A stretch of 64,000 nt of DNA from Octopus bimaculoides (Eukaryota). Positions within the stretch are counted from its first letter, which is position 1; each line of letters starts with the position of its first letter. The notes beneath the pieces are model-generated. The model did not search any database. It was given only the letters and a program-made list of their open reading frames with translations, and had not been told where the DNA came from. Made by a program: the position numbers and the translations under genes. The DNA is taken from contig NC_068981.1 of NCBI RefSeq assembly GCF_001194135.2, forward strand, positions 54,897,113-54,961,112. Reading direction: 5' to 3'. Shown piece after piece: positions 52,500-64,000 of the stretch.

Positions 52500-53990
52500 T
52501 TGAACAGAAAGGCAAGAACACTAACGTTGGACTGTATAATGACTAAAGCTTGATAGTTTTGAAAATTCGTAATGGACGTGCAACTAATACACTGAAGAAT
52601 ATAATCAAAGCATCGAGCAAAATATGTGAAAATGACTGGAGTAAGCAACCTAGTATCAGCCGCCTTCTTAGATACAACGTCAAATTTAAATTTGGTATGA
52701 AATCTGGTGACCAGCCTCTAAATATACATTCAGGTTCATATATAATGTAAATATACACCCCTCTGAGTTATTAAGCAAATATCTATAAAAATAAATGACC
52801 ACGTAAGCAATTTTCCAACGAAGCAACAGTTCACAGAGCCGAGAACAACTACCTCTAGACACATCAAAACATAGACACATCAAAACTCATTAGCATACAG
52901 ACCACAAACAATATAGTCCCTCAACATGGAAAGAGATACAATCTGGTTAAACCCACCGTTCAATAAGAACGTTTTTACTTACATGACTAAACAATTTCTT
53001 TCCCTGATTAAATAGCACAAACTACACAAAAATAGTACAAATCAAAGGAGAGATGTTTGTAATTGAGCAAAAACTGAGTAGTGTCCTTGGATAACCACTG
53101 CTTTAGAAATTGCATTAATCATTATAACTGTGTCTTAACATCGGCTTACCTGAAAACTTATTCAAGAATTGGCTTATAATACATGAACTTTCAAACACTG
53201 TGAGAAATAGAGTCCTGCATCGTTCTCCAAGCAAATCTGGTGGAAATAATAAAGAGGAATCTACTGACAACACAAGATCTTTCTTGTACATAGACATCCC
53301 ATTCAGTAATTATTCAAAATGATCCAAGTTTGGTTTGATAGAGAAATATCGCACCACAAAACATTGCACATTAATGAACAGAAAACCAGAGCTAATCCCA
53401 ATTTGCAAACCCAGTATGCAATGTTTGCTATATCTTTGCATGGAAACAGGCAAAGCAGCGGTTACGGCACTCATCAAAAAACACTCTGTCATCTCGTCTT
53501 TTGCTTTAAAAACTAAATCAAAAGTCCTGTGAAGACCACATATTACTTTAGTTATTTTAGTATTGAAGATCATAGAATATTTCAGAGCGTTGCGGTGCTA
53601 TACGTATTGTTTGCATCATTAATCGTCTATTTTGTGGAGAATTTTGTATAGATGTGTTGTCCAATAACGTTTTACAATCTAGTTGTTTATGGTGTATGAT
53701 GTACTACTTCATAAATATTCCTTTTTGTAAGAGCTTTGTAAGCCGGTGCACAGAGAGTAGATGGGAAAATGTACAGCAAAATGAACACACACAACATACA
53801 CTAGTCAAACAAGAATAAATACCAATAATATATAAATGTAACGTTCAAAATTTAAATTGTCTACACTAATCCTATTGATTCTGTCTGCTATATAGTAGTA
53901 GTAACACCCGCCAATATGACTTCATTCTGAAGATGAGACTATGATGGCTTAAAAACATTAACGATAAATTTACGAACTTTGCCTTTGTAA
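52500..53990 (+). mobile_element. Decayed Penelope-like element (RT C-terminus and GIY-YIG remnant)
   Basis: IWLNPPFNKNV..KQFLSLIK..HKLHK (cf. the PLE WFNPP motif), DQPLNIH, IGLPENLFKNW; degenerate CTGAAGA motif at about 53928. Confidence 0.7.
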
Positions 53991-54169
53991 ACAAACTGTG
54001 AAAATAAAAAGGATAAAACTATAATGCAGTCGTGTATTCAAAACAGCAAACACACACATCAGCTGGAGGATCTACGTACTGAATTAGAGAGCCATGTGAC
54101 TGAGTATTCCACAGACACGTGTATTGTTGACGTAATTATCAAGTAGAAGTAGTATGATGTATTGCCACA

Positions 54170-54300
54170 ATCCTATAGGCTTCTATATAGTTTCCGTCTA
54201 GCCATTTTTATGTGATAAAAAGCAGATACCTAAAATAATACGCGATGGAATCGAACGCAGGACGTCATGGTTGCGAAATAAACTTCTTAACCATTCCGCC
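54170..54300 (-). mobile_element. SINE family A-like head, degraded
   Basis: GTTTCCGTCTA and GGAATCGAAC..CATGGTTGCGAA..CTTAACCA. Confidence 0.5.
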
Positions 54301-54699
54301 TTGTAATTTGTGATATTGAAGTTAATTACATCTTAGATATGTACATATTGTTTTGATTAAAACACATATAACACATTTAGGGTTCAACTGGTAACAGCAT
54401 TTGTAGCTAATACTGATTTGATTAAAACACTGTGACATATAAGAAGCTTAAATGGATTATATATAAGACAACTAATAAAACTAATGGAGTTTTGCGTTAG
54501 CAAAAATCTCAAAGAAAATACATCACTCACACACACACACACACACACATACACACACATACACACACGCACACACACACATACACACACACACACACAC
54601 ACACGCTCACACGCACACATACACACACACGCACACACACACACGAATTATATAATATAGTATTATACATAGATTTCAGTCGATTTAACCAAGCGGTCT

Positions 54700-55235
54700 C
54701 GTACACAAGAGTTGGCAAAGACCAACCTCGGCTCTCATAAGAAAGGTTGGTAGGTAAAACATGGTGGTGCTTCTTCCACAGTTTTTCTACAAGCTATTCT
54801 GGTGACTATCAGGATTGTTTTATTTTCCCAAACTCTCGAATNNNNNNNNNNNNNNNNNNNNNNNNNNNNNNNNNNNNNNNNNNNNNNNNNNNNNNNNNNN
54901 NNNNNNNNNNNNNNNNNNNNNNNNNNNNNNNNNNNNNNNNNNNNNNNNNNNNNNNNNNNNNNNNNNNNNNNNNNNNNNNNNNNNNNNNNNNNNNNNNNNN
55001 NNNNNNNNNNNNNNNNNNNNNNNNNNNNNNNNNNNNNNNNNNNNNNNNNNNNNNNNNNNNNNNNNNNNNNNNNNNNNNNNNNNNNNNNNNNNNNNNNNNN
55101 NNNNNNNATAAACAACAAGCAGGTGTATAAACAACAAGCACGTGTATTAGTTTGACGCTCGGGAAGGTGAGAAAGTCTTTTACGTTTCGAGCCTATGCTC
55201 TGCAACAAAACGGAACACGAGGAAATAAACCCAAT
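54700..55235 (-). mobile_element. Possible Penelope-like terminal fragments around a gap
   Basis: WENKTILIVTRIACRKTVEEA-like frame; GAGC-ATAG-GCTC-GAAACGTA half-hammerhead at 55181-55200. Confidence 0.35.
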
Positions 55236-55244
55236 ATATATATA

Positions 55245-56186
55245 TTGGGTTGGCAAGAAAGTAATTTCGTTTTTCGCAAAAAGAGTTACGTTTTTTCTAA
55301 TGACTGTTGTCAATGTTATGATTTTTTTCCTTTTGACATTTGATAGCCGTTACTTTTAGCTTACTTTACAAGCAAATTGCACGTAATTTTGTTTACACCT
55401 GTTAGTTCAGTACAGCGTATTAAGTTGTAATAAGTTTCAAATATATTGAGTTAACTTCTGCTTCGTAAGTCATGGTTTATGCATTACAGGAACTATTTAC
55501 GCTAGCAATTGGTCTCAGAGATGTTGGCTGGGTTATGGGATGCAGAATGCTTTATATTAACAATTTTAACATGGAGTGCAAAACGAACATTTTCGCCATA
55601 TTTTGCTTTTTTATTTCCGTAAAGACAAGAAAGTCGCTGAGGCTCACAAAGAGATGTGTGAAGTTTATGGTGTTAATTGCTTAACAGAATACACATATCA
55701 GAAACGGTTTAAAAATTCCGTTCTGGAGATTTTTCATTCAAAGATGACCAACGTTCTGGTCAACCTACTGAAGTTAATGATGACCAAATCAAAGCCATAA
55801 TTGAATCTGATTGTCATATAACTGTGTGAGAGATTGCAGAGAGGTTAAATGTATCACCCACAACAATTGAAAATCATTTAAAATGTCTTGGACTCGTTAA
55901 AAAAGCTCGATATTTGGGTTCCACATAAATTGAAAGAAATTCACTTAACACAACGAATCGATATTTGCGATATGCATCTCAAATGCAATGAAATCGACCT
56001 TTTTTTGAAACGAATCATCACTGGTGATGAAATTCGGATTGTCTAAAATAAAAACAACTGAAAACGATCATGGTCCAAGCGTAATGAACCAGCAGAAACC
56101 ACATCGAAAGCTGAATTGCATCAAAAACAGTCATGCTTTCGATTTGGTGGGATTACAAAGGTGTTGTGTATTTTGAGCTGCTTCTA
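55245..56186 (+). mobile_element. Mariner, 3'-truncated and frameshifted
   Basis: TA|TTGGGTTGGCAAGAAAGTAA end; EHFRHILLFYFRK, WVPH, ITGDE, WWDYKGVVYFELL. Confidence 0.92.
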
Positions 56187-56188
56187 AT

Positions 56189-56520
56189 GAGCCGGTTTCT
56201 AACCTAGATCCAGGGTATTTTTGTATGTATGTATGTCGTTATTCAGTTTTATTTCAAGATTTCTTGCCACTGGTGTGTTTACGTCCCCGTAACTTAGCGG
56301 TTCAGCAAAAGAAACCTATAGCATAAGTACTAGGCTTACAAAGAATGAGTTCTGAGGTCGATTTGTTCGACTAAAGGTGGTGCTCCAGCTGCAGTCAAAT
56401 GACTGAAACAAATAAAAGAGTAAAGAGAATAGAGAAAGAGCCGGTTTCTAACCTAGATCCAAGGTACTTTTGTATGTATGTATGTATGTATGTATGTATG
56501 TATGTATGTATACGTGCAGA
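56189..56520 (+). repeat. Tandem unit GAGCCGGTTTCTAACCTAGATCC..(TATG)n, two copies, with a SINE A tail inserted
   Basis: Unit starts at 56189 and 56438; SINE A tail at about 56270-56427. Confidence 0.8.
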
Positions 56521-57116
56521 TTTCTATGTTTTATTTTATGTATGTCTTTTCATGCATATCTAGACATGCTCATATATACTTAAATGGTAAACTTCTGAAA
56601 AGTTTTACAGATTTTTACAGTTCCAGTGACGGCCTGGATTTGTAGTCTTCGAATGAGCTTTCTTCTTTCTGGTCCATAATTGACTGCTTTGATGATCAAC
56701 GTTACTGTCATCTCGGTGCTTTCAACTAGTATATCTATGCATGGTCTTCTGCTCATATTCGCTCATCCTTCATCTGGTAGAGCCGTGTAGCTTCTTTGGG
56801 AATGTAAGTTTGTATATATGTATTTATGCATGTGTTTATTTCTGAATTTATGGATATGTTTACGGTCCACAAAATCAATGCACGTTAGCGTCTCTTTCTT
56901 ACATTAACATCTCTTCCTTTTGTAAGCGGTTCGACAATTAGAAGCGATAAAATAATATCAGATTAACAAATGCAGCTGGTACTTATTTTATCGCTTCTAA
57001 GCTATAAGTCAACATGATCGAGCATGCATTTCGAAGTTCTGTCCCAGCATGACTTCGCCCGTTTATTACTGTTCTTATTTTATCTTATGCCTAGGAGGAT
57101 ACACGAAGACGGAAAA

Positions 57117-57160
57117 GGTCGCTGAAGAGGTCATAGATGTGTGATGAAAGATTTCCGGAC
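57117..57160 (+). ncRNA. Minimal type I hammerhead-ribozyme-like motif, copy 1
   Basis: Same layout; two C>T changes turn stem II pairs into G-U wobbles. Confidence 0.5.
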
Positions 57161-57208
57161 AATGGACATAAGATAAAATAATAAGGGAATAATACATACA
57201 TACATACA

Positions 57209-57241
<33 letters not shown>

Positions 57242-57428
57242 TTACGTTTATGAATATGTGTTGCAAGAATCCTGATGGGAAACCGTGTGTTGAAACAGAT
57301 ATTGTTATATTTCGAGATTGCCATTTTTTTTTTGCCAAATAAACACACGCACTGTATATTCGTTCTTCGCCCGTTTATTACTGTTCTTATTTTATCTTAT
57401 GCCTAGGAGGATACACGAAGACGGAAAA

Positions 57429-57472
57429 GGTCGCTGAAGAGGTCACAGATGTGTGACGAAAGATTTCCGGAC
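57429..57472 (+). ncRNA. Minimal type I hammerhead-ribozyme-like motif, copy 2
   Basis: CUGAAGA (57434-40), extra G, stem II GUCACA/UGUGAC, GAAA (57458-61), self-complementary stem III AGAUUU, UUC site, stem I GUCG/CG(G)AC. Confidence 0.6.
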
Positions 57473-57594
57473 AATGGACATAAGATAAAATAAGAACAGT
57501 AACAAACGAGTGAAGAACGAATATATAGTGTGTGTGTGTTTATTCGGCAAAAAATGGGGAAAAAAAAAGCAAATGACCAACCCGAAATATAACA

Positions 57595-57637
<43 letters not shown>

Positions 57638-58074
57638 NNNNNNNNNNNNNNNNNNNNNNNNNNNNNNNNNNNNNNNNNNNNNNNNNNNNNNNNNNNNNNN
57701 NNNNNNNNNNNNNNNNNNNNNNNNNNNNNNNNNNNNNNNNNNNNNNNNNNNNNNNNNNNNNNNNNNNNNNNNNNNNNNNNNNNNNNNNNNNNNNNNNNNN
57801 NNNNNNNNNNNNNNNNNNNNNNNNNNNNNNNNNNNNNNNNNNNNNNNNNNNNNNNNNNNNNNNNNNNNNNNNNNNNNNNNNNATATATATATCTTTGTAT
57901 GTTGTATCATGCGTCATGCGCCCTTAGCCCTTCTGACTCGTAGGAGCGCCGTTGTGACATACGGCATATCTTAGATTTAACCACTCCAGATTTTACTACA
58001 GCTGATTTCTTCCAGAAGGAGAGAAAGAAACAGCCAGAAAGAAATAATTAGAAAAAGTGGAGAAACGACTTCAA

Positions 58075-58205
58075 TACAGGACTGGTATTTTATTTATGGA
58101 CTCTGACAGGATGAAAGGCAAAGATGTCCTCGGCGGAATTTGAACTTAGATCGCAGTGGGTCTGAACGATTACCGCATGTCAGTCCACTCAATACTTTAA
58201 CGTTG
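58075..58205 (-). mobile_element. SINE family B fragment
   Basis: GGATGAAAGGCAAAGATGTCCTCGGCGGAATTTGAACT. Confidence 0.75.
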
Positions 58206-58221
58206 CAGCCAATCGGTTGCC

Positions 58222-58254
<33 letters not shown>

Positions 58255-58291
58255 GTGTGTGTGTGTGTATGTATTTATATGAGTCTCTCTT

Positions 58292-58350
<59 letters not shown>

Positions 58351-58670
58351 ATACATATATATATGTGTGTTTGTGTGTGTGTGTATTCATATATATATGT
58401 ATGCACGTACGTATGTGTATTCATGTATATACATATGCATTTATGTTTACGTATGTGTGTGTGTCTGTGTGTACGTCCCAATGCACATACGTACGTAATA
58501 TACATTCATACCTACATTCACACATCTTACATGCTTCCTCCCTTCTAGTGCCTTCCTTTTGTCTCGTTTCTGTTTTCTCATTATAACTACAATTACAGCA
58601 ACAGCGATTTAATTTCTTTTTTCGTTTACTTCTTTATCCTTTTATCCATCAGCTCACTTAGAGAACTCAC

Positions 58671-58816
58671 ACAGCTGTGTGCAAAGCAGGAGAAGCAATA
58701 TTTCCACACCGTATAACTATTTCCTTATAGGGTCTGCTTTCTTTCGGTAGCTTATTACTTTGTTGTGCAAAGAGATTCCTTCCGCTCAGCTGACACAGTT
58801 TCAAAGTGGTGAGAGA
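58671..58816 (-). CDS. Weak candidate exon (SLTTLKLCQLSGRNLFAQQ...PALHTA)
   Basis: Only one frame open; donor GT|GTGAGT; about 70-nt AG-free zone before acceptor GCAAG. Confidence 0.3.
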
Positions 58817-59158
58817 CTTGCAGTTAAATGTACATCGACAGTAAATACGCACAAGTGATTTTGAGAACAAAGAGAATAGTTTTCGTGTTTTTTTCTTCTA
58901 AGGAATAAATATGAAAGATTGAAACCGGCTGTAATCAGCGAACAAAAACTTCGTAAATCAAGGATGTTAAAGTCCATGTTATTAAAGTATTAAAAACAGA
59001 CTGTTTTCGTTCACTCCTTGTAACCATTTTCCCTTTTTTTGTGATTATGGCTTTTTAATGTGGTGGTTTGTCGGTTCGTATCCCTATTGCAGGCTTTGAG
59101 TTACATATAGTGTATATATATATATAATGTGTGTGCGTGCGTGTGTGTGAGTGAGTGT

Positions 59159-59345
59159 GTGGAGGCGCGTGACTTTATATGATTAGGGTGCTGATCATAA
59201 TATTGTGGTTTCCATTTCTGGACTGGTCAGCGTGTTGTGTTCTTGAGAAAAACACTTCTTTTTACGTTGCTCCAGTCCACTCAGGGAGCAGGGTGAATAT
59301 ATACGCTACAAAATCTGGGAAACCGGTCCTATAAGCTTAGAAAAG
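59159..59345 (+). mobile_element. V-SINE-like element, internally deleted
   Basis: GGAGGCGCGTG head, GTTGCTCCAGTCCACTCAG, GGGAAACCGG tail. Confidence 0.6.
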
Positions 59346-59524
59346 ACATTTGATCATAATATTAATATATATATATATATATANNNNNNNNNNNNNNNNN
59401 NNNNNNNNNNNNNNNNNNNNNNNNNNNNNNNNNNNNNNNNNNNNNNNNNNNNNNNNNNNNNNNNNNNNNNNNNNNNNNNNNNNNNNNNNNNNNNNNNNNN
59501 NNNNNNNNNNNNNNNNNNNNNNNN

Positions 59525-60768
59525 NTTTAAAATTGAATGAAATTTAATAGTATTTTAGAATGTCTAATGGAATTTAAAATTATTTTTATGCATTCATGTA
59601 CATTTAAACTAATTAAATATTATTTTACACAATAATAGAATTAAAATTTATTTGATTAACACCCTTTCTAACATGGAAGTATCCAAAGAGCATTTGAGGC
59701 ACATAATGCTTTATGTGTGCAAAAAAAAAAGGAAACTCTGCAACCGAAGCGATTCGAAACATACACTTAGTTTATGGGAAAGAATGTTTGAATGAAAGAA
59801 CTTGCAGAAAATGGTTTGCAAAATTCAGAAGTGGAGATTTCAGCCTTGAAGGTGAAGATCGAACAGGACGTCTAATTGAATTTGGTAAGCTTCTTGAGGC
59901 ATTACGTGAAGAAAATTCTGTATTGTCAGTTGAAGAATTGGCAAAAAAGCTTAGTTCAAACCATACAACTGTTCATCGTCATCTTCAACAACTTGGAAAG
60001 GTTTCTAAACTTGGAAAATGGGTGCCTCATGAATTGTTCGAAAGCAACCGCAAATCTCGAGTTGACATCTGCTCTTCTCTCCATTCTCGCGAACTCATTT
60101 CACCCTTTTTGGATAGACTTGTGACGAAAAATGGATCTTCTATCGAAATGTCAAATGTCGTAAACAGTGGCTTGGTAAAAGGAAAAAAAACTCAACCACA
60201 ACCGAGAAGGAACTTCATGAGAAAAAAGTTCTCTCTATCTGGCGGAATTGCAAAGGAGTAATTCACTTTGAATTGTTACCACCAATGCAACAATCAATGC
60301 TCAAGTCTACTGTCAGAAATTAGAGCGTTTGAACTAAGCTTTGAAGAAAAAAAGACCTGCTTAAGTGAATCGAAAAGGAGTGATGTTTCATCAGGACAAT
60401 GCGCGACCCCACACTGCAAAGATCACATCACAGAAGATCGAAGAGCTTGGTTGGGATAAAATTCCTCATCCACCTTATTCTCCCGACCTTGTTCCTTCAG
60501 ACTACCATTTGCTTCGTAGTTTACAGAATCATTTTGGGGACATAATTTTCGCAACCCAGGAGGAGGTGGAAACTGACATTTCAGAGTTCTTCGCTTTGAA
60601 ACCAAAAGAGTTTTACATTGATGGGATTAAAAAGCTTGTAAATAGATGGAAGGAAGTCATGTATAATCAGAGAAAGTACGTTGATGATTAAATTTCAATT
60701 AAATATAACATTTGATCACTTGTTTTCTTTATTCAAAATTCGGACAGAACTTATGGGATGACCTGATA
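59525..60768 (+). mobile_element. Near-complete mariner (DD34D), frameshifted; left end in gap
   Basis: ATG at about 59672 (MEVSKEHLRHIMLY), WVPH, FHQDNARPH...YSPDLVPSD with 34-residue spacing, stop at 60691; right end ...CTTATGGGATGACCTGA|TA. Confidence 0.95.
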
Positions 60769-60778
60769 CACACACACA

Positions 60779-60854
<76 letters not shown>

Positions 60855-61010
60855 CACGACGGGCTTCTTTCTGATTCGATCTACAAATCAACTCACAAGG
60901 CTTTGATCGGCCCGAAGGTATTGTAGGAGACATTTGCTCACTGCTCTAGGTACTATGTTGTGGGGCTGAACCTGGAGGCATGTGGTTGGGAAGTAGCCTT
61001 CTTACCGTCC
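60855..61010 (-). mobile_element. SINE family A head, diverged
   Basis: CGACGGGCTTCTTTC...CTCACAAGGCTTTGATCGGCCCG. Confidence 0.8.
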
Positions 61011-61245
61011 CCTACATATATACACACTCATGTATAATATGTGTGTGCGTGTGTGTGTGTATATGTGTGTGTGCGTGTGTGTGTGTCTTGGAACAGGTGA
61101 TTTGAAGCAATACTTAAGAAAAATGTCGAAGAAGCCTCCGTGACTCTGTTACATTATTTGCGCATAAAAAAAAAACAGAATCCAAAACACAAATTTATGA
61201 TCAAATGATTGGACTATATTATTTATCATCCCATTGCCAAAGAGT

Positions 61246-61295
<50 letters not shown>

Positions 61296-61439
61296 CAGGG
61301 AGAGAGTCATAATACTATATAAAAGAACAGTTGCTCGAATAAATCATACTAAAATCCTACTTAACATTATTGCTAATAGAATTAAAGTCAAATATTAAAT
61401 AGAAGTAGGGGAATACCAATTTTATTTCAGAGACAGAAA

Positions 61440-62215
61440 ACGTATGAACGATACTATTTTTAACACAAAGATGGTTATTCAGAAAACATGATGAACTATT
61501 TACTGCTTTTATTGACTATCAAAAGACTTTTAACACAGTTATTGATGACAATTATAGTCGGTAATGGGAAAATAGGAATTCCTCAACATTTTATGTATTA
61601 TTAAAATCAGTTTATTCTTAGCTAACGGTAAATGTCAAAAATAATGTAGGCTTCATTGTGTTAGTTGAGATTGTTCCCCCTTTCAGTTCAACAGCTATGT
61701 AGAAGTGTAATGTGGAAAGCTCAAGAAGCTTTTGAAGGTTCAGTCAAAACTAACAGAAGAATATTCACCACTCCTTGATTTGGTGATGATACTATCCTTA
61801 TTGCTGGTTGCTTTGAAGAATTGAGAAATTCGATGATGAAAATAAAACATGGAGAACGTGACTTATTCGTTGATTTTAACAAAACTAAATCGATTGCCGC
61901 AGAACACACTATCGAGATAATCCTATAATAATAATTATCGAAGTAAGTTATTAGTTTTGCTATGCTAGAACTGTCGTTATAAACCAATATGATAACAGCA
62001 AAGAGATAAAAAGAATTGAAATGGCATCCTCAGCTACCAACGTTTTAAATCGCATTTTAAAAATTCTAGGCAAAAAGACCGAGTGGAAGTGTTGCACATC
62101 TATGTTTTCAGTAGCAACGTGCAGATCTGAATGGTGGAATTTTTATACAGAAAAGAATACTGAGCAAAGACATTTCAAAATATGGTGGTAGTATGAAGAA
62201 TTAGCTCGAGAGAAG
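61440..62215 (+). mobile_element. Decayed RTE-like LINE RT fragment
   Basis: FIDYQKTF and FGDDTILIAG (YADD-like) motifs. Confidence 0.65.
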
Positions 62216-62239
62216 AAAAAGATAAATTAACATGTGTTG

Positions 62240-62905
62240 CTGCTTCTGTTGTCGTTGCTGCTTCTGTTGTCGTTGCTGCTTCAGCTCATTAGGTTGTAGA
62301 GTTAATAGCATTGAGAGCTTCCTTTTATTTGCCTTCTACCGTGGGTAGGAAACTCTTAGGTAGCAGGCTGTGTCACAAATGCGACACCTTGGCCTTTTGC
62401 TCTCTACCATTACTATTAATCTGGTGCCATTTGGTAGTTCGATTACGTCGGGGATGGCTTCGACTTTCTCTTAGTTCATTTGAATTAATAGTTCCTTGCA
62501 TATATCCGACCAGCTTTCTCGGTGTATGTGCTAAACTTCTGACATTGCCTCGTCTTCATCACTAAAAAAGACAGTCGTCATTAACCACCAGATAATTATT
62601 TCAGATTATATGTCCATCACCCTCAACTTCTCGACTCGTTTACCCATATATGATGGGATGAGGATGAATTCCTCATTTTCAAGTACGAGCATGGAGTGCT
62701 TCCTCACTTTGGACTCAGACCCAAATCTCACGTCAACTGTGCTAAATTGTTCGTCAGACGTAACGAAAGATTTTTTAATTCCCACGCGAGGCCCATGGGT
62801 TCATCTTTCAAATTGTCGACTCTTAACGCCGATGCAACGGTAAGTCACCATGCCTCGATTAATTTGGTTGACAACGTAACTAGGTTGCCTTACGTTTACT
62901 GAAAA
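62240..62905 (-). mobile_element. LINE ORF1 remnant with decayed CCHC knuckle
   Basis: IPDVIELPNGTRLIVMVESKRPRCRICDTACYLRVSYP; followed by an 18-bp repeat encoding EAATTT. Confidence 0.65.
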
Positions 62906-63301
62906 TGATTTTCCTTTTTTAATTATTTCTCTCGGCAGCTAAAGTTTTTTTTAATTATTTCTCTCGGCATTAGCAGCTCGAGCAACAACCTGCCAAACAT
63001 CTTTTGGCAGGTTGCTGTTGCTGCTGCTGCCGTTAAACTGCATATTAGATTCATAATGGAATTAGTAAGAGGAAGCTGTGGGAGATCCTTTTTGTAGTAG
63101 CTGTCCCAACAGCTATCCATACCTTCCATTTACGAGGCCATGCTTGTCTTTGATTTTTAAAAAAATGTTTAAATTTTAAACATTAACTTGATGGCCATCT
63201 TTTCTGCAAACATGACGAAATTTAATTTCATACACGATATTGCAACGTTGTATTGAAGACCAGTATAAAACGTCATATATGTCAAGTACATAAATGTAAA
63301 C

Positions 63302-63452
63302 GCAGGCATAGGTGTGTGGTTAAGGAACTAGTTTTGTCAGACGAAGGTTCAGTCCCAGTGCGCGACACCTTGGGCAAGTGATTTGCCCTGGATCGACTAA
63401 ATACCTTGTGAGTGAATTTGATAGACGTAAACTTTATGAAAGCCAGTCGGGA

Positions 63453-63488
<36 letters not shown>

Positions 63489-63692
63489 CTTCCCTCGCCA
63501 CCGCATGACAACTAGAGTTGATTATTTTGTGTCCTTGCGGCTTTGCAGTTCAGCAAATGATATCGATAAGACAAGAGTTAAATAAATTAAGTACTGCAGT
63601 TGATTTGTTCAACTAAAACCTTTTAGATGGTGCCCAAGCATGGCCGCAACTCAATGACTGAAACAAGATGAAAAAGATAAAAGATAAAGATA
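63302..63692 (+). mobile_element. Full-length SINE family A, diverged
   Basis: Head, internal (TG)n, tail CAAGCATGGCCGC..ATGACTGAAACAAG. Confidence 0.85.
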
Positions 63693-64000
63693 AAATTTCC
63701 TGTAAAATTCTTTGCTTTGGTCCATACCTAAGTTCTTTTATTTTATTAACTCCACGGGTCTAGTTGTGTGTGTATGTGTATGTGCGCGTATGTGTGTGTA
63801 TTGTGTGGTAGTGGTAGTGGTGGGTGCAAATCGTTTCTCTGGCTTGACATTCTACTTTCATCAGCTTTTTCAACTTTTTCTCAAGTACAAATATTATTTG
63901 CTATTCCATCATTAAACTGACAATACAACAAAAACTTTAAATACCATATCATTTACTGTAATTTCATGACACACTCTATACATACATATATATATATATA

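Larger units (their letters stand above)
57053..57525 (+). repeat. 129-bp direct repeat pair (period 312 bp), Penelope-terminus-like
   Basis: 57053-57181 and 57365-57493 nearly identical; about 47-bp inverted repeat at 57354-57400 / 57478-57525. Confidence 0.9.

Overview
AT-rich, repeat-dominated eukaryotic DNA with 11 N gaps, nearly all bordered by (TA)n/(CA)n/(GA)n/(TATG)n microsatellites. The repeat families suggest an octopus-like cephalopod short-read assembly (inference from remembered repeat sequences, not verified). No intact protein-coding gene is visible. Most of the window is decayed mobile DNA: four mariner copies, one Tc1 (DD34E), a Helitron helicase with its 3' end, five R4/Dong-like fragments, RTE and Penelope-like fragments, two LINE ORF1 remnants, several MITEs and roughly 35 tRNA-derived SINE copies. 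One splice-bounded 281-nt open exon (21471-21751, minus strand) and several weaker candidates suggest the window may lie inside the long introns of a minus-strand host gene. The most unusual signals are hammerhead-ribozyme-like motifs: a 312-bp-spaced tandem pair at 57.1/57.4 kb and a palindromic double copy at 27.4 kb. Coordinates were read by eye and repeat boundaries are approximate.
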